Shown piece by piece: positions 42,828 through 52,187 of a stretch of 64,000 bases of DNA. The translations under genes and the position numbers were made by a program. How positions within the stretch are numbered: the first letter of the stretch is position 1; each line of letters opens with the position of its first letter. The stretch lies in NCBI GenBank assembly GCA_965140585.1, contig OZ223267.1, forward strand, positions 384,001 to 448,000. Direction: 5' to 3'. A model generated the notes under the pieces. It made no database searches and was not told where the DNA came from. It worked only from the letters and a program-made list of their open reading frames with translations. Source of the DNA: Spirochaetia bacterium (GTDB taxonomy: Bacteria; Spirochaetota; Spirochaetia; UBA9216).

Positions 42828-43980
42828 TATTAAAATACCTGATAGATGAATTTTTTGCTGATTCAATAGCTTTTCGAAGCTGTGATGACTGCCTGAAAAG
42901 TATGCTGTCGTCAATTCCGCTAAGATATGAGACCGCCTTCCCGTATTCCTGAGTCTGATAGAATACATATGCCAGTGCATATTTAATTCCGTCTTCATCT
43001 AAAAGTCCGAGCCTTTTAAGCCTCATTTCAAGAGCTGCAGCCTGCTCAAAACTTTTTTTCTGAATCAGGGTGTTAAACCTCAGTCTTGTTTTATCAACCT
43101 GGTCGGAGAGGAGTGTATTAAGATATTCTGATTTTAGAAAATCACCCGCTTCACGGTAGAGTTCCGCTGCATCATTTGTCATTTCATAATCATCATATGA
43201 AAGCTGTTCAACTATTCCTGCTGCGGTAAGATACATTTCCCTGTCAACATAACATTGGGCAAGCATCAGTTTTACCCTGGCATTTGCGGGGAATTTTAAA
43301 AGAGCTTCCTCCATAATCATTATTGATTCATCAGTCATTTTACAGTCCCGATGCGCTTCGGCAATTGTTATGTATCCCTCGGCATTATCGTTTTCAGAAT
43401 TTTCCAGATAGGTTCTGCTGATATCCAGAGCTTCCTGGCTGAGTCCTAGTTCCAGCAGGTAGAAAACTTTCTGCTGGAGAAAGCTTGACCTGTTTTTAAA
43501 AACCGACAGTCCCTTATCTATTGTTTTAAAAGCTTCTGATTTTTTACCGAGAAACCAGTATGACTGAGATTTTAATCCGTACAGATCCGGAAACTGATTG
43601 AGAGATGGAAGTTTATCTATTGATTCTACGGTCTGCTGATAGTCCCCGATTGAAAAATAAGCCTGCGCAAGATATGCGTTTATAACCGGATCATTAAAGC
43701 CGGCGTAAACTGCAGCTCTGAAATCCTCAATTGCTTCTTCATTATCCTGTTTTCGGAGGGCTATAAGCCCTTTGAGAGTCCAGTACCTTGCTGTATCTGT
43801 ATCGGGAGCCTCAGGATCGACATTATCCAGAGCTTCTTCGGCCCTGATATAGTTTCCGTCTTTTATCAGCACTGCTGCCACACCAAGATAATCAATGTTT
43901 CTGTTTTTAGCAGATTCCGCTGCAGGAAGAAACGCCGTGATTGCGATAGTTAGAAATATTGAAAGTAATACTCTTTTCAT
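42820..43980 (-). CDS. Periplasmic TPR protein (TtpD-like)
   Basis: Signal peptide and repeated helical TPR patterns; lies after tonB. Confidence 0.78.
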   Translation of the reverse strand: MKRVLLSIFLTIAITAFLPAAESAKNRNIDYLGVAAVLIKDGNYIRAEEALDNVDPEAPDTDTARYWTLKGLIALRKQDNEEAIEDFRAAVYAGFNDPVINAYLAQAYFSIGDYQQTVESIDKLPSLNQFPDLYGLKSQSYWFLGKKSEAFKTIDKGLSVFKNRSSFLQQKVFYLLELGLSQEALDISRTYLENSENDNAEGYITIAEAHRDCKMTDESIMIMEEALLKFPANARVKLMLAQCYVDREMYLTAAGIVEQLSYDDYEMTNDAAELYREAGDFLKSEYLNTLLSDQVDKTRLRFNTLIQKKSFEQAAALEMRLKRLGLLDEDGIKYALAYVFYQTQEYGKAVSYLSGIDDSILFRQSSQLRKAIESAKNSSIRYFNNE

Positions 43981-43989
43981 ATAAAACCT

Positions 43990-44643
43990 TTAATTCAGCC
44001 TGAACGGAATCGGGACATTAACCCAGGATGAAACTGCCTTTCCCTGATACTTTGCCGGAATGAAACTCCAGCTGCCAGAAGCTTCAATAACTGCAGAGTC
44101 GAACACTCCCGGAGGGTCTGATTCCAGAATCTGAGCATCAATAACCTGACCGGTTTCTGACAGATGAACGCTTACCAGAACCCGTCCTTCAAGCTGTCTC
44201 TGCTTTGCCCGTTCGGGGTAGGGAACTTTTATATTCTTTGCAGCCGGAGGAGTATCAACTGCATCCTCGGTCATAACAACATCTTCCAGTTCGCCAAGCA
44301 GAGATTCTGATATCCCTGCAGTTCCGGCTCCGTTAAAATTAGGCAGTGACAGAGAAATACTGCTCATCCCTGAACCTAAAACCGGAACCGGAGCAAGATC
44401 CGTCTCCGTCCTTTTAACCGGTTTCTGCTCCTTCTCTTCACGCGGCGGTGGTGCCTTCTGCTGAGCTAAAGGAATTGTAAAATCGACGGAAGTCATGCTG
44501 TCAATCTTCTCCGGATCTGTAATATACCTGTTCATCAGAATCACCCATGTGAATATAAGAAGTGAACCCAGAAAAGCTATGAGAACTATCCTGATAAAAT
44601 CCTTCCTGCCCGGATTTACCGGATCAAATACTGAACTGCTCAC
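43990..44643 (-). CDS. tonB: Energy transducer TonB
   Basis: N-terminal TM, Pro-rich linker, C-terminal YPERAKQRQLEGRV...FD..VIEA..WSFIPA. Confidence 0.9.
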   Translation of the reverse strand: MSSSVFDPVNPGRKDFIRIVLIAFLGSLLIFTWVILMNRYITDPEKIDSMTSVDFTIPLAQQKAPPPREEKEQKPVKRTETDLAPVPVLGSGMSSISLSLPNFNGAGTAGISESLLGELEDVVMTEDAVDTPPAAKNIKVPYPERAKQRQLEGRVLVSVHLSETGQVIDAQILESDPPGVFDSAVIEASGSWSFIPAKYQGKAVSSWVNVPIPFRLN

Positions 44644-44648
44644 TCTGC

Positions 44649-45044
44649 TCAGTTCCTGGTTGCTACGCCGACATCTGACGCACCTGCCAGTTTTGCCTGA
44701 TCTATTACTTCAATCAGCTGTTCTGTAGAAGTAAGCCGGTCTGCAATAACCAGTACCGAACCTGATGATGATGCAGCCAGTGCATCCCTTACAAGGCTCT
44801 GAAGCATCCAGGTTTTTACAAGCTGTTCGTCCATGTAAATCAGACCTTCTCTGTCAATATAGATACGGATTGATTTGCCAGATGCCGCAGCGGCACCATT
44901 GGCACTGGGCCTTTCAAGGTTAAGCTGCATATCCTTGGTGAAAGTTGTGGATACCGCAAAAAATATTAAAAGTATGAAAACCATATCGATCAGCGGAGAC
45001 ATATCAAGCGCTTCCGGTTCGTGTCTTCTTGGTAAAAATTTCAT
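44649..45044 (-). CDS. exbD: Biopolymer transporter ExbD
   Basis: MSPLIDMVFILLIFF and VIAD motifs. Confidence 0.92.
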   Translation of the reverse strand: MKFLPRRHEPEALDMSPLIDMVFILLIFFAVSTTFTKDMQLNLERPSANGAAAASGKSIRIYIDREGLIYMDEQLVKTWMLQSLVRDALAASSSGSVLVIADRLTSTEQLIEVIDQAKLAGASDVGVATRN

Positions 45045-45664
45045 ACCTGTCCATCTCCTTCATCAGCGTTTAAATCCGCTTCAAAAAATTCTTTAATCTG
45101 TTCAATTTCATCAGCCATGGAATCCTGGCGTCTGTCCAGAAAGCGTCCAAGTATCAGTCCGGGAACCGCAATAACCAGTCCGAACTGTGTTGTAAAAAGC
45201 GCCTGGGAGATTCCATTGGCAATTCCTCCGGTTTGTGAATAGAAAGTCAGACTGCCTAAGGAGTCAAACATTTCTATCATTCCGCTCACTGTTCCGAGAA
45301 GTCCGGCAAGCGGAGCAACAGTTACTATGGTTCTTACAAGAGTTCGATGTCTGTTCATCCCTTCCGTAAGAAAATAGAGCTCGTCATCAAGATAGCTTTT
45401 GATCTTTTTGCTCTGCTTTTTCCGGATACGCCAGGCAATACTGACTGCTGAATCGATAAAGCCTTTAACAGGTTCTTCAGGACGGCATTCGTAGATTGCA
45501 AGCAGTTCACGGACATTCATACGGTTTCCACGTCTCAGCATTATCATACGGTAGGCAAGGGCATACCACAGAACAACTGTACCTGCCACAAGCGGCCACA
45601 TGACAAAGCCGCCGCTTTTTAGGAATGCCGAAAGATCTTCAATCAGGTCAAGGAAGAAATTCAT
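45041..45664 (-). CDS. exbB: MotA/TolQ/ExbB proton channel
   Basis: APLAGLLGTVSGMI and GISQALFTTQFGLVIAVP motifs. Confidence 0.92.
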   Translation of the reverse strand: MNFFLDLIEDLSAFLKSGGFVMWPLVAGTVVLWYALAYRMIMLRRGNRMNVRELLAIYECRPEEPVKGFIDSAVSIAWRIRKKQSKKIKSYLDDELYFLTEGMNRHRTLVRTIVTVAPLAGLLGTVSGMIEMFDSLGSLTFYSQTGGIANGISQALFTTQFGLVIAVPGLILGRFLDRRQDSMADEIEQIKEFFEADLNADEGDGQV

Positions 45665-47031
45665 TTGGCTTTCTTAACCGCCTTTTTGGCTCTCTTGAAT
45701 CCTGAAGATGCATTTACGAGTCTAAGGGCGGAAATCTCCAGCTTTGAACTTATAGAATCAGACCAGGCCGAAAGAAGGTTTCCCAGGAGCAGTGTAGGAA
45801 TTGCCACTACAAGACCAAACTCTGTTGTAACCAGGGCTTCAGATATTCCTCCGGAAAGCAGTTTTGGATCTCCGGTACCATAAATAGTGATTATTTCAAA
45901 AGTTGAAATCATGCCAGTAACAGTTCCAAGAAGTCCGAGAAGAGGCGCCACAGCCGCGAAAACACTGATTGCCGATCTGAACCTGTTCAAAGCTGGCTGT
46001 TCATTAAGTACACTTTCAGCAATTGAATCTTCAACCTTTTTAGGAGAATCGATCAGGCCGTTTACAGTAGCTGTAATTACCCTGTTCAGCGCTCCGCTTA
46101 ATTTACTGCAGAGGACCAGTGCTTCCTGAAGGGCTCCGGATTCTACCTTGTCGGCTATATCATCAATGTACTCTTCTTTATTACCCTTATTGATTCCTGA
46201 AAGGCCTAGAGCCCTGATAACTATCAGCACAAGAGCCAGAAACCCCATGGCAATGATTACAAGTCCGATTATACCGCCTCCGTCTATTGTGTCTTTAAGA
46301 GTTTTCCCCTTGGAGGTTTCAATAAGATTTTCTGATGATTCAAATAGAAAAAGCGGAAGACTTGCAGGATGTTTTCCGTTAATAATTTCCTTCGCCTGGG
46401 GCAAGAAATCCTCTCTGACAAGGTGAAACATTCCGCCTCCGGCCGGGGCTAACGTGCCACCGATATTGTCGCCTGTTCCCATTGCCGCTATCTGGCCTAC
46501 ATGAGCAATTTTTCCATCGACGGTTTTTCCGTCGGGAAGGAAAAATGGTTCCTCTTTTACTGTAATTGAACCCAGTGTAGAGAGGAGCTTCAATGACTCT
46601 GAAAAAACTTCACCCAGATTGGCTGTCTGTTCATCAGCATTACCGCTGTATGCTTTAGTTTCAACATCATATTTCTGAAGTTTTGATACCGCCTGTATGA
46701 TGATTGTTTCAATCGTATCGAAAGTCTCAGTTGAATCACTTTCCTGGTCTTCAAGGAAGTTCAGTTCTTTCTGTTCTTTTTCTACATCATCCTGTAGGTT
46801 AAGCAGGGTAACTTCAAGGCGGTTAAGTTCATCTCTGGCTGCTTCAATACGCTGGTCTCCGTCAGTCTCAACATCCTGAATCCTATGCTGAAGAAGACGT
46901 ATTTCATTATCAAGATAGATAAACTCCCGTTTATATGCATCAGTGAGACTATCGCTTTCCTGTGCGGAAACGGAGAATATGCTGCAAAGAATCAATACTG
47001 CTGATATGATTAATACAAGCTGCTTTTTCAT
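45661..47031 (-). CDS. Large ExbB-family protein with periplasmic coiled-coil domain (TtpC-like)
   Basis: Signal peptide, coiled coil, then APLLGLLGTVTGMI..GTGDPKLLSGGISEAL. Confidence 0.85.
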   Translation of the reverse strand: MKKQLVLIISAVLILCSIFSVSAQESDSLTDAYKREFIYLDNEIRLLQHRIQDVETDGDQRIEAARDELNRLEVTLLNLQDDVEKEQKELNFLEDQESDSTETFDTIETIIIQAVSKLQKYDVETKAYSGNADEQTANLGEVFSESLKLLSTLGSITVKEEPFFLPDGKTVDGKIAHVGQIAAMGTGDNIGGTLAPAGGGMFHLVREDFLPQAKEIINGKHPASLPLFLFESSENLIETSKGKTLKDTIDGGGIIGLVIIAMGFLALVLIVIRALGLSGINKGNKEEYIDDIADKVESGALQEALVLCSKLSGALNRVITATVNGLIDSPKKVEDSIAESVLNEQPALNRFRSAISVFAAVAPLLGLLGTVTGMISTFEIITIYGTGDPKLLSGGISEALVTTEFGLVVAIPTLLLGNLLSAWSDSISSKLEISALRLVNASSGFKRAKKAVKKAK

Positions 47032-47035
47032 GCGA

Positions 47036-47818
47036 TTACTCCTGTTCAGCCGTCATGGGGTTCGGCAGCTCAAAGAAACCTTCCCTCAGATTTTTCCGTA
47101 TTGAGTCAAACAGGGTTTCTATCTGCTTCTGCTGAGTCCGATCTTTAAGGACGGTATATTCGGGCCCGGTCTCTGTTCTTAAAGCGTAACCGTATTTCTC
47201 ATCAAAGGTTTTGAAATAAAGCAGGACCATCCCAAGTCTGGCAACTTCAACCAGCTGCTGTTCACCGTCAATCACTGCCTGCTGCCTGTAGATACCGTTT
47301 TCTGTTGTCAGCCGGAATTCAGACTCCAGGAGGTTCCAGAATCTGGCCAGAACCACACCGGTATCAGCGCTGCCTGTTTCGATTAAAGTTTTTAAGTCCT
47401 GTGCCTCGGAAACTCTTTCATCGGTCTGAAATGGAATGCCGCTTTTTATATATGCAATCAGCTCTTCAATGGTATTCAGCAGAACAGGTTTAATCTCGAC
47501 GATTGACTCCCTGTTCTTTTTTATCTGGTCCTCAAATTCGGCTGTATCTCTTCTGATTTGTTCTAAACTTATTTCTTCACGTTTGATCTGGGTTTCGATA
47601 TCAGTTTTCTGGGTTGCTATAGAACGGAGCTGCTCATTGTATTCAGTTTTTGTCAGTGAGAGCTGATTCGATAAAGTTTCAACCTGAGAACGTTTTTCGG
47701 CTATCTGGGCGGCAAGATTATTAAGTGCTGATGATTCAGCATCCTGTGCAAAAATTATAAGGGGTATAAAAAAAAGAAAAAGGGTTAAATAAACCTTTTT
47801 ATTAAGTGCTTTATGCAT
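47036..47818 (-). CDS. DUF3450-like (TtpB-like) periplasmic coiled-coil protein
   Basis: Signal peptide, coiled coil, IPFQTDER and RLGMVLLYF motifs; located upstream of the TtpC-like gene. Confidence 0.75.
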   Translation of the reverse strand: MHKALNKKVYLTLFLFFIPLIIFAQDAESSALNNLAAQIAEKRSQVETLSNQLSLTKTEYNEQLRSIATQKTDIETQIKREEISLEQIRRDTAEFEDQIKKNRESIVEIKPVLLNTIEELIAYIKSGIPFQTDERVSEAQDLKTLIETGSADTGVVLARFWNLLESEFRLTTENGIYRQQAVIDGEQQLVEVARLGMVLLYFKTFDEKYGYALRTETGPEYTVLKDRTQQKQIETLFDSIRKNLREGFFELPNPMTAEQE

Positions 47819-47828
47819 TAGTTTTCCT

Positions 47829-47856
47829 CAAAAAACTCCACGCCCGAAGACGTGGA
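47829..47856 (-). terminator. Intra-operon terminator/attenuator hairpin
   Basis: Minus strand TCCACGTC-TTCG-GGCGTGGA followed by GTTTTTT. Confidence 0.7.
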
Positions 47857-47877
47857 ATTAAAGCAGTAATAATAATC

Positions 47878-49287
47878 TTAGTTGGCAGGTGTTGAAGTCC
47901 AGCCGGCATACCATTCAGATCCTGAAGTTGAAGGATCAACAGCTCCAAAGTAGGCTGAGCCATCTACGCTTACAGAAATTGATGTTAAATCAGTTAAAGT
48001 TGTACTTGTCGGGCAAACATCAACTTCACTTTCATTAGCTCCAGCGAATGCTGCAGCGGGAAGGTAAGTTGTAATATTTCCATTGGTTGCATCTTTATTT
48101 GCTGCTGCAGTTGCAACCCAGTCGGCAGCTTCAGTAGCACTGTCCACAGCAGTTACAACGCCCTTATAAACAACAGTTCCGCATTCTTCGCCGGTAGCTG
48201 TCTCTTCTTCAAAGGGTTCTTTTGCAACAGCATATGCTATTGAGTTTATAAGAGTAAGGTTGGTCCCTCTTCTGAACTTACATCCGTGATCTCCGTTTCC
48301 AATCATTGTAAAGTTTGAAAGAGTAGGATTGGCAACAGGAGTGGCTGCAGTATTATCTTCGTTACTGTCAGCTTCAATGAGTTTGTCACCGATACCTGAA
48401 TACTGCTGAAGAATCACATGGTCGGCTGCTCCCGTCCATCCGTATGTCCAGTCAAGTGAATCGTCTTTTGCACCTGTAATTACAAGGTGGCTTACTTCTA
48501 CAGCTCCGCCGAAGAACTCAACACCGTCATCAGCATTCATGTGAACCTGAACGTAGTCTACAGTTGTTCCGCTTCCTACGGCCTGGAAGGCTATTCCGTT
48601 AAGTTCGTTGTCTGCACTGAAAAGTGTGCCGGCAAATTCAACTCTTACATATTTAAGAGTTCCGCTGTTATCAGCATCATCTGTTCCGCCGTAAGTTCCG
48701 GTTTCACCTTCACCTTCTGCAGTACCTCCGGTAGCATTGATTGCAGCGTTACCGTTGATTACAAGTCCGCCCCAGTCTCCGCGTGCTCTCGTTCCTTCTG
48801 ATTTTGCAGATGTAAAAACAATAGGAGCTGCAGCAGTACCGACTGCATTTATTTTTGAACCCCTTGTTATAACAAGGACACCCGGTTTGGTTGTGCTGAC
48901 TTCACCCTTGATAAGGGTTCCGGCTTCAATTGTAAGTGTACAGTTATTAGCATTATCATTTCCAATGAATACAGCATCAGCAAGATAGTATACATTGTCA
49001 CTATCCCAGCTCATGTCAGTTCCGAATCTTCCTGCTACAAGTACCTGATACTCATCATCATCACCTGTCATGTAGCCTGCATCACCTGAGACATCACCAT
49101 CAGCATCGTAAGTTCTTGTTGCCATATATCCGCCAAGGTCATCTACAGCGCTTACAATAAAGCCGTTTCCAAGATCGTCTCCAATCGCATAGTCTACAGT
49201 TCCGGTTGAATCGTCACAACCAACAAAGACAGCGAGTACAAGTGCCAGCATCACGAGTACTGACAATATGTTCATTAGTTTCTTCAT
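47878..49287 (-). CDS. Acidic beta-helix-type lipoprotein of a kind commonly associated with TonB receptors
   Basis: Lipobox FVGC; LTIEAGT, GSKINAVGT..PIVFTS, GDWGGLVINGNA, DNSGTLKYVRVEFAG and DDGVEFFGG motifs; AGGAGG RBS. Confidence 0.8.
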   Translation of the reverse strand: MKKLMNILSVLVMLALVLAVFVGCDDSTGTVDYAIGDDLGNGFIVSAVDDLGGYMATRTYDADGDVSGDAGYMTGDDDEYQVLVAGRFGTDMSWDSDNVYYLADAVFIGNDNANNCTLTIEAGTLIKGEVSTTKPGVLVITRGSKINAVGTAAAPIVFTSAKSEGTRARGDWGGLVINGNAAINATGGTAEGEGETGTYGGTDDADNSGTLKYVRVEFAGTLFSADNELNGIAFQAVGSGTTVDYVQVHMNADDGVEFFGGAVEVSHLVITGAKDDSLDWTYGWTGAADHVILQQYSGIGDKLIEADSNEDNTAATPVANPTLSNFTMIGNGDHGCKFRRGTNLTLINSIAYAVAKEPFEEETATGEECGTVVYKGVVTAVDSATEAADWVATAAANKDATNGNITTYLPAAAFAGANESEVDVCPTSTTLTDLTSISVSVDGSAYFGAVDPSTSGSEWYAGWTSTPAN

Positions 49288-49323
49288 ACTTTTCCTCCTA
49301 TGGAAAATTTAATAGATGGGCAC

Positions 49324-49409
49324 ATATTACGGGGCGGACTGTTAGGGTAGTATTATCCTGATATGAAATAGGGATAAGTTTAGTGTTAATTGTATTTAGA
49401 GAATGTTAA
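49324..49409 (-). promoter_or_regulatory. Pho-box-like direct-repeat array with -10 element
   Basis: Minus-strand units TTAACA, CTTATC, TTCATA, ATAATA and CTAACA at exact 11-bp spacing (49389 to 49340), a further TTAACA at 49409, and TAATAT at 49329-49324, 10 bp downstream of the last unit. Confidence 0.6.
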
Positions 49410-49424
49410 ATAACACAGTGGAAT

Positions 49425-49462
49425 AAAAAAAAGGAACCAACCTGTTTCAAGTCAGTCCCCTT
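49425..49462 (-). terminator. Terminator after the RRM gene
   Basis: Minus strand AAGGGGACTGACTT-GAAAC-AGGTTGGTTCCTT (several G-U pairs) running into T8. Confidence 0.6.
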
Positions 49463-49485
49463 CGGTACAAAGTAAAAAGTTATTG

Positions 49486-49755
49486 TTAGAAGCGTCTAGG
49501 GCCTCGTTCCTTTTCAATTGATTCGTTCACTTTAATGTTGCGGCCTTCAATATCAGTACCATTGAGCGCAGAGATTGCAGCCTGTGCTGAATCCTCGTCC
49601 TCCATCTCTACGAAACCGAAGCCCTTGGAGCGATTGGTTTCTCTGTCCATGATAATTTTTGCACTAACAACAGGTCCGAACTGACCGAACAGCTCTTCAA
49701 GCCCTTCGTTGCGCATTCTGTAGTTTAAGTTCCCTACATAAATTTTCTTTGACAA
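49486..49755 (-). CDS. RRM RNA-binding protein
   Basis: RNP2 IYVGNL and RNP1 KGFGFVEM; TTG start. Confidence 0.93.
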   Translation of the reverse strand: MSKKIYVGNLNYRMRNEGLEELFGQFGPVVSAKIIMDRETNRSKGFGFVEMEDEDSAQAAISALNGTDIEGRNIKVNESIEKERGPRRF

Positions 49756-49892
49756 TTTAGCATCCTCACCGGTGTATTACCGGTATTAAAAAAATAAATA
49801 CACTGAACAGAAAATCTGTCTTAACCAGTTATTTCATCTTTAGCAGTAATTAAACTGTTTGTCAATCGGTAAAAAAATAAGTTGTAAAAACC

Positions 49893-51260
49893 TTATTTTT
49901 CATCGGGATTATCAAAGACAACCACCGTTCCGTTAAAATCAAGTACATCTCCGCTTTTAAGTATATGCTGCTTTTTAAACCGGTTGTTGACCTTAAACTC
50001 ATCATCAGCTGCTACAGTGTAGTTTCCAACGGTCTTGTCGTATACTATGGTCGCGTGTGATTCTCTTAAAGACGGGTTCCCGGCTACAGTCATATCGGCC
50101 CGGTCCCCAGCTCCAATTACAGTTACCTCATTTGTCAGATTCACTCTTGTTACCTGTGAAAATGGTTTGTCTGTATTGAGAATATTGATTTCCGCCGATT
50201 TTGCGGCATGTTCCCATACAAGCAGAAGCATTGCGGCAATTATACCTGCAGCAAGCAGAAGCGGAATCAGAAACAGCCAGCTGAAACCGTTCTCTGGAAG
50301 TCCCAGAAAGTGAGGTACATAGAATGCCGACTGACTTTCCTGATTGTCCACCTTCAGGATTATATCGTTAACCTCTGTCCTGTTGTATGAAGGACGGAAG
50401 CGTATACGGTATTCTTTTCTTATTTCCTCACGTATTGTACTGTAGACATTTTCAAGCTGTTCTCTGTCTGTTGCATCAAAGCTCCTGCCGCCTGTGGCTT
50501 CAGCAATTCTGGAAAGTTGCGGATCTCTGTCTGCTCCTATATGAACCGCATAAATACTGATGCCTTCCTCAAGCATTTTTTCAATAACTTCATCAGGTGC
50601 GGTTTGCTCTCCTGCATACAAAGGATGCTCACTACCAGAAAGCGAGTAGGGATAGTTTTCTCCGTCTGAAAGAACAATCATTGCCCGCCGGCCGGTAAAA
50701 GCTGCAAGTTCAGCAGAGGCCTTGTCCATGGACAGGTAGAGCTCTGTGAATGCTTCATCATCCGCCGGTTTCTGAATCTTTTGAAGTGAGGATTTCTGTG
50801 TTCCTGATATTCCGGCAATCGGTGAAAGCGGTGTGTAGTATGTGTTAAAAGAGGCAATCCCTATCTTATCAAGCGGATTATCTATACTGCTTAGAAAAGA
50901 TTCTACAGCATGAACCGCAGTCTGATATCTGCTCTCATCGCCTATATTCCATTTATGCATTGACCCCGAATTATCCAGCAGCAGAAGAAAGCTGATACCC
51001 TGCTGTTCAGGGGCTTCCTGCTCAATGCTCTGAATCTTCTGTTCCTTCATATTCCCCTTTGAATCGAGAATAAAAAGCTGAATTTTCTCTGAGCCGTCCA
51101 GAGTTCTCGGTGATCCTTCAGCATCTCTTGGAAGAAAGAACAGATCAAGAGTTCCGTCAATCAAAAGCCTTCGGTTTTCTATCTGGGTAATATCAATACT
51201 CTGAGCAAACAAAGATGAAACTGTTAATAAACAAATCGCTGCAGCTAATAATTTCTTCAT
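49893..51260 (-). CDS. Exported VWA domain - TM - cytoplasmic degenerate FHA domain protein
   Basis: Signal peptide MKKLLAA, MIDAS motif LLLDNSGS..T..LSDGEN, TM WLFLIPLLLAAGIIAAMLLLVW, FHA-like VIGAG..ADM....SHA..VNN..LKSGDVL. Confidence 0.8.
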   Translation of the reverse strand: MKKLLAAAICLLTVSSLFAQSIDITQIENRRLLIDGTLDLFFLPRDAEGSPRTLDGSEKIQLFILDSKGNMKEQKIQSIEQEAPEQQGISFLLLLDNSGSMHKWNIGDESRYQTAVHAVESFLSSIDNPLDKIGIASFNTYYTPLSPIAGISGTQKSSLQKIQKPADDEAFTELYLSMDKASAELAAFTGRRAMIVLSDGENYPYSLSGSEHPLYAGEQTAPDEVIEKMLEEGISIYAVHIGADRDPQLSRIAEATGGRSFDATDREQLENVYSTIREEIRKEYRIRFRPSYNRTEVNDIILKVDNQESQSAFYVPHFLGLPENGFSWLFLIPLLLAAGIIAAMLLLVWEHAAKSAEINILNTDKPFSQVTRVNLTNEVTVIGAGDRADMTVAGNPSLRESHATIVYDKTVGNYTVAADDEFKVNNRFKKQHILKSGDVLDFNGTVVVFDNPDEK

Positions 51261-51274
51261 AATATTCTCCATAA

Positions 51275-52163
51275 CTAAGGTATAAATCTTAGTACTGTCC
51301 GTCCGCACCGGATAACATCTTCATATTTAAGCTGGCAGTCTCCATCGACAGCCCTGTCGTTGATAAACAGCTTTTTATCCGAAGCCTTCTTTTCAATATG
51401 AAGACTGCCTGACTGCCGGTATACCCTGGCATGGAAACCTGCTACTGCGGAATCTCCAGGCAGGACAATATCAGCCTTGTCGGCAGAACCTATAAGGCTT
51501 GAAGTTCTTGAGATGATGAATTCCTTACCTTTAAATTTTCCATTAACGACTTTCAGCACACCGTACCGGCCCACAGCATCAGCTATACTGAGCCCGGCGC
51601 CGATGAAAATTCCCATGAAAATAAAGCCGGCAAGTCTTAGTCCGGAAGGAGCTACTATGCTTAATGAGTTAAGTCCCTCATAAGCAAGTCCCGCCGGCAA
51701 GCCCTCCAACCAGTCCTCCGGCAAGTCCGAACAGCAGTCTTCTAAGTGATTTTGTCCTAACTCCTTCAATTATTCCAAGAATGCCGCCGAGGACAGTCCA
51801 TCCCGGAATTCTTGCTTTCGGAAGATAACTGGTCTGTATATCATTAATTGAAGCGCTTCCGGCTCCTGTGACAGAAAATAAAAGCCCCTGGGCTATCAGG
51901 ATTGCTAAGGCTCCGGCGATAAAGCCGAATATCAGACCGAAGAGTGCTCCATTTGCAGCCTTTGATTTTATTGAAAGGGCAATTCCTTCACCCAGTCCTA
52001 TTACAGCTCCGTATACAGCACCGATAAAACCTCCGGTAATGATCAGGTGCAGGTAAAATGAACCTCCGTTCATGATCATAAGAGATTCAGTGGCGAACCA
52101 CACTATGCCTCCTGCGGCCAGTCCAAGCAGCAGATATATAATCTTTTTTATAGTTTTAGTCAT
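51275..52163 (-). pseudogene. Gly-rich multi-TM protein with C-terminal FHA-like domain, split by a one-base frameshift
   Basis: Removing one G from the minus-strand GGG at 51690-51692 gives ...GGLAGGLAYEGLNS... and joins both ORFs. FHA-like GKFKGKEF..LIGS..ADIVL..FHARV..INDR..LKYEDVI. Confidence 0.75.
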
Positions 52164-52187
52164 TACGTTAACTCCCTGCTGTGATGT

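Noticed and set aside
42828-42998. N-terminal extensions in the ORF track (TonB receptor, ispH, pstS, DUF4097, VWA protein)
   Set aside because: They overlap neighbouring genes or precede a clear RBS, signal peptide or family N-terminus; the downstream ATG was used instead.
49768-49784. ACCGGT-N5-ACCGGT hairpin before the RBS of the RRM gene as an RNA thermometer or riboswitch
   Set aside because: The stem is only 6-7 bp and does not cover the Shine-Dalgarno core; evidence is insufficient.
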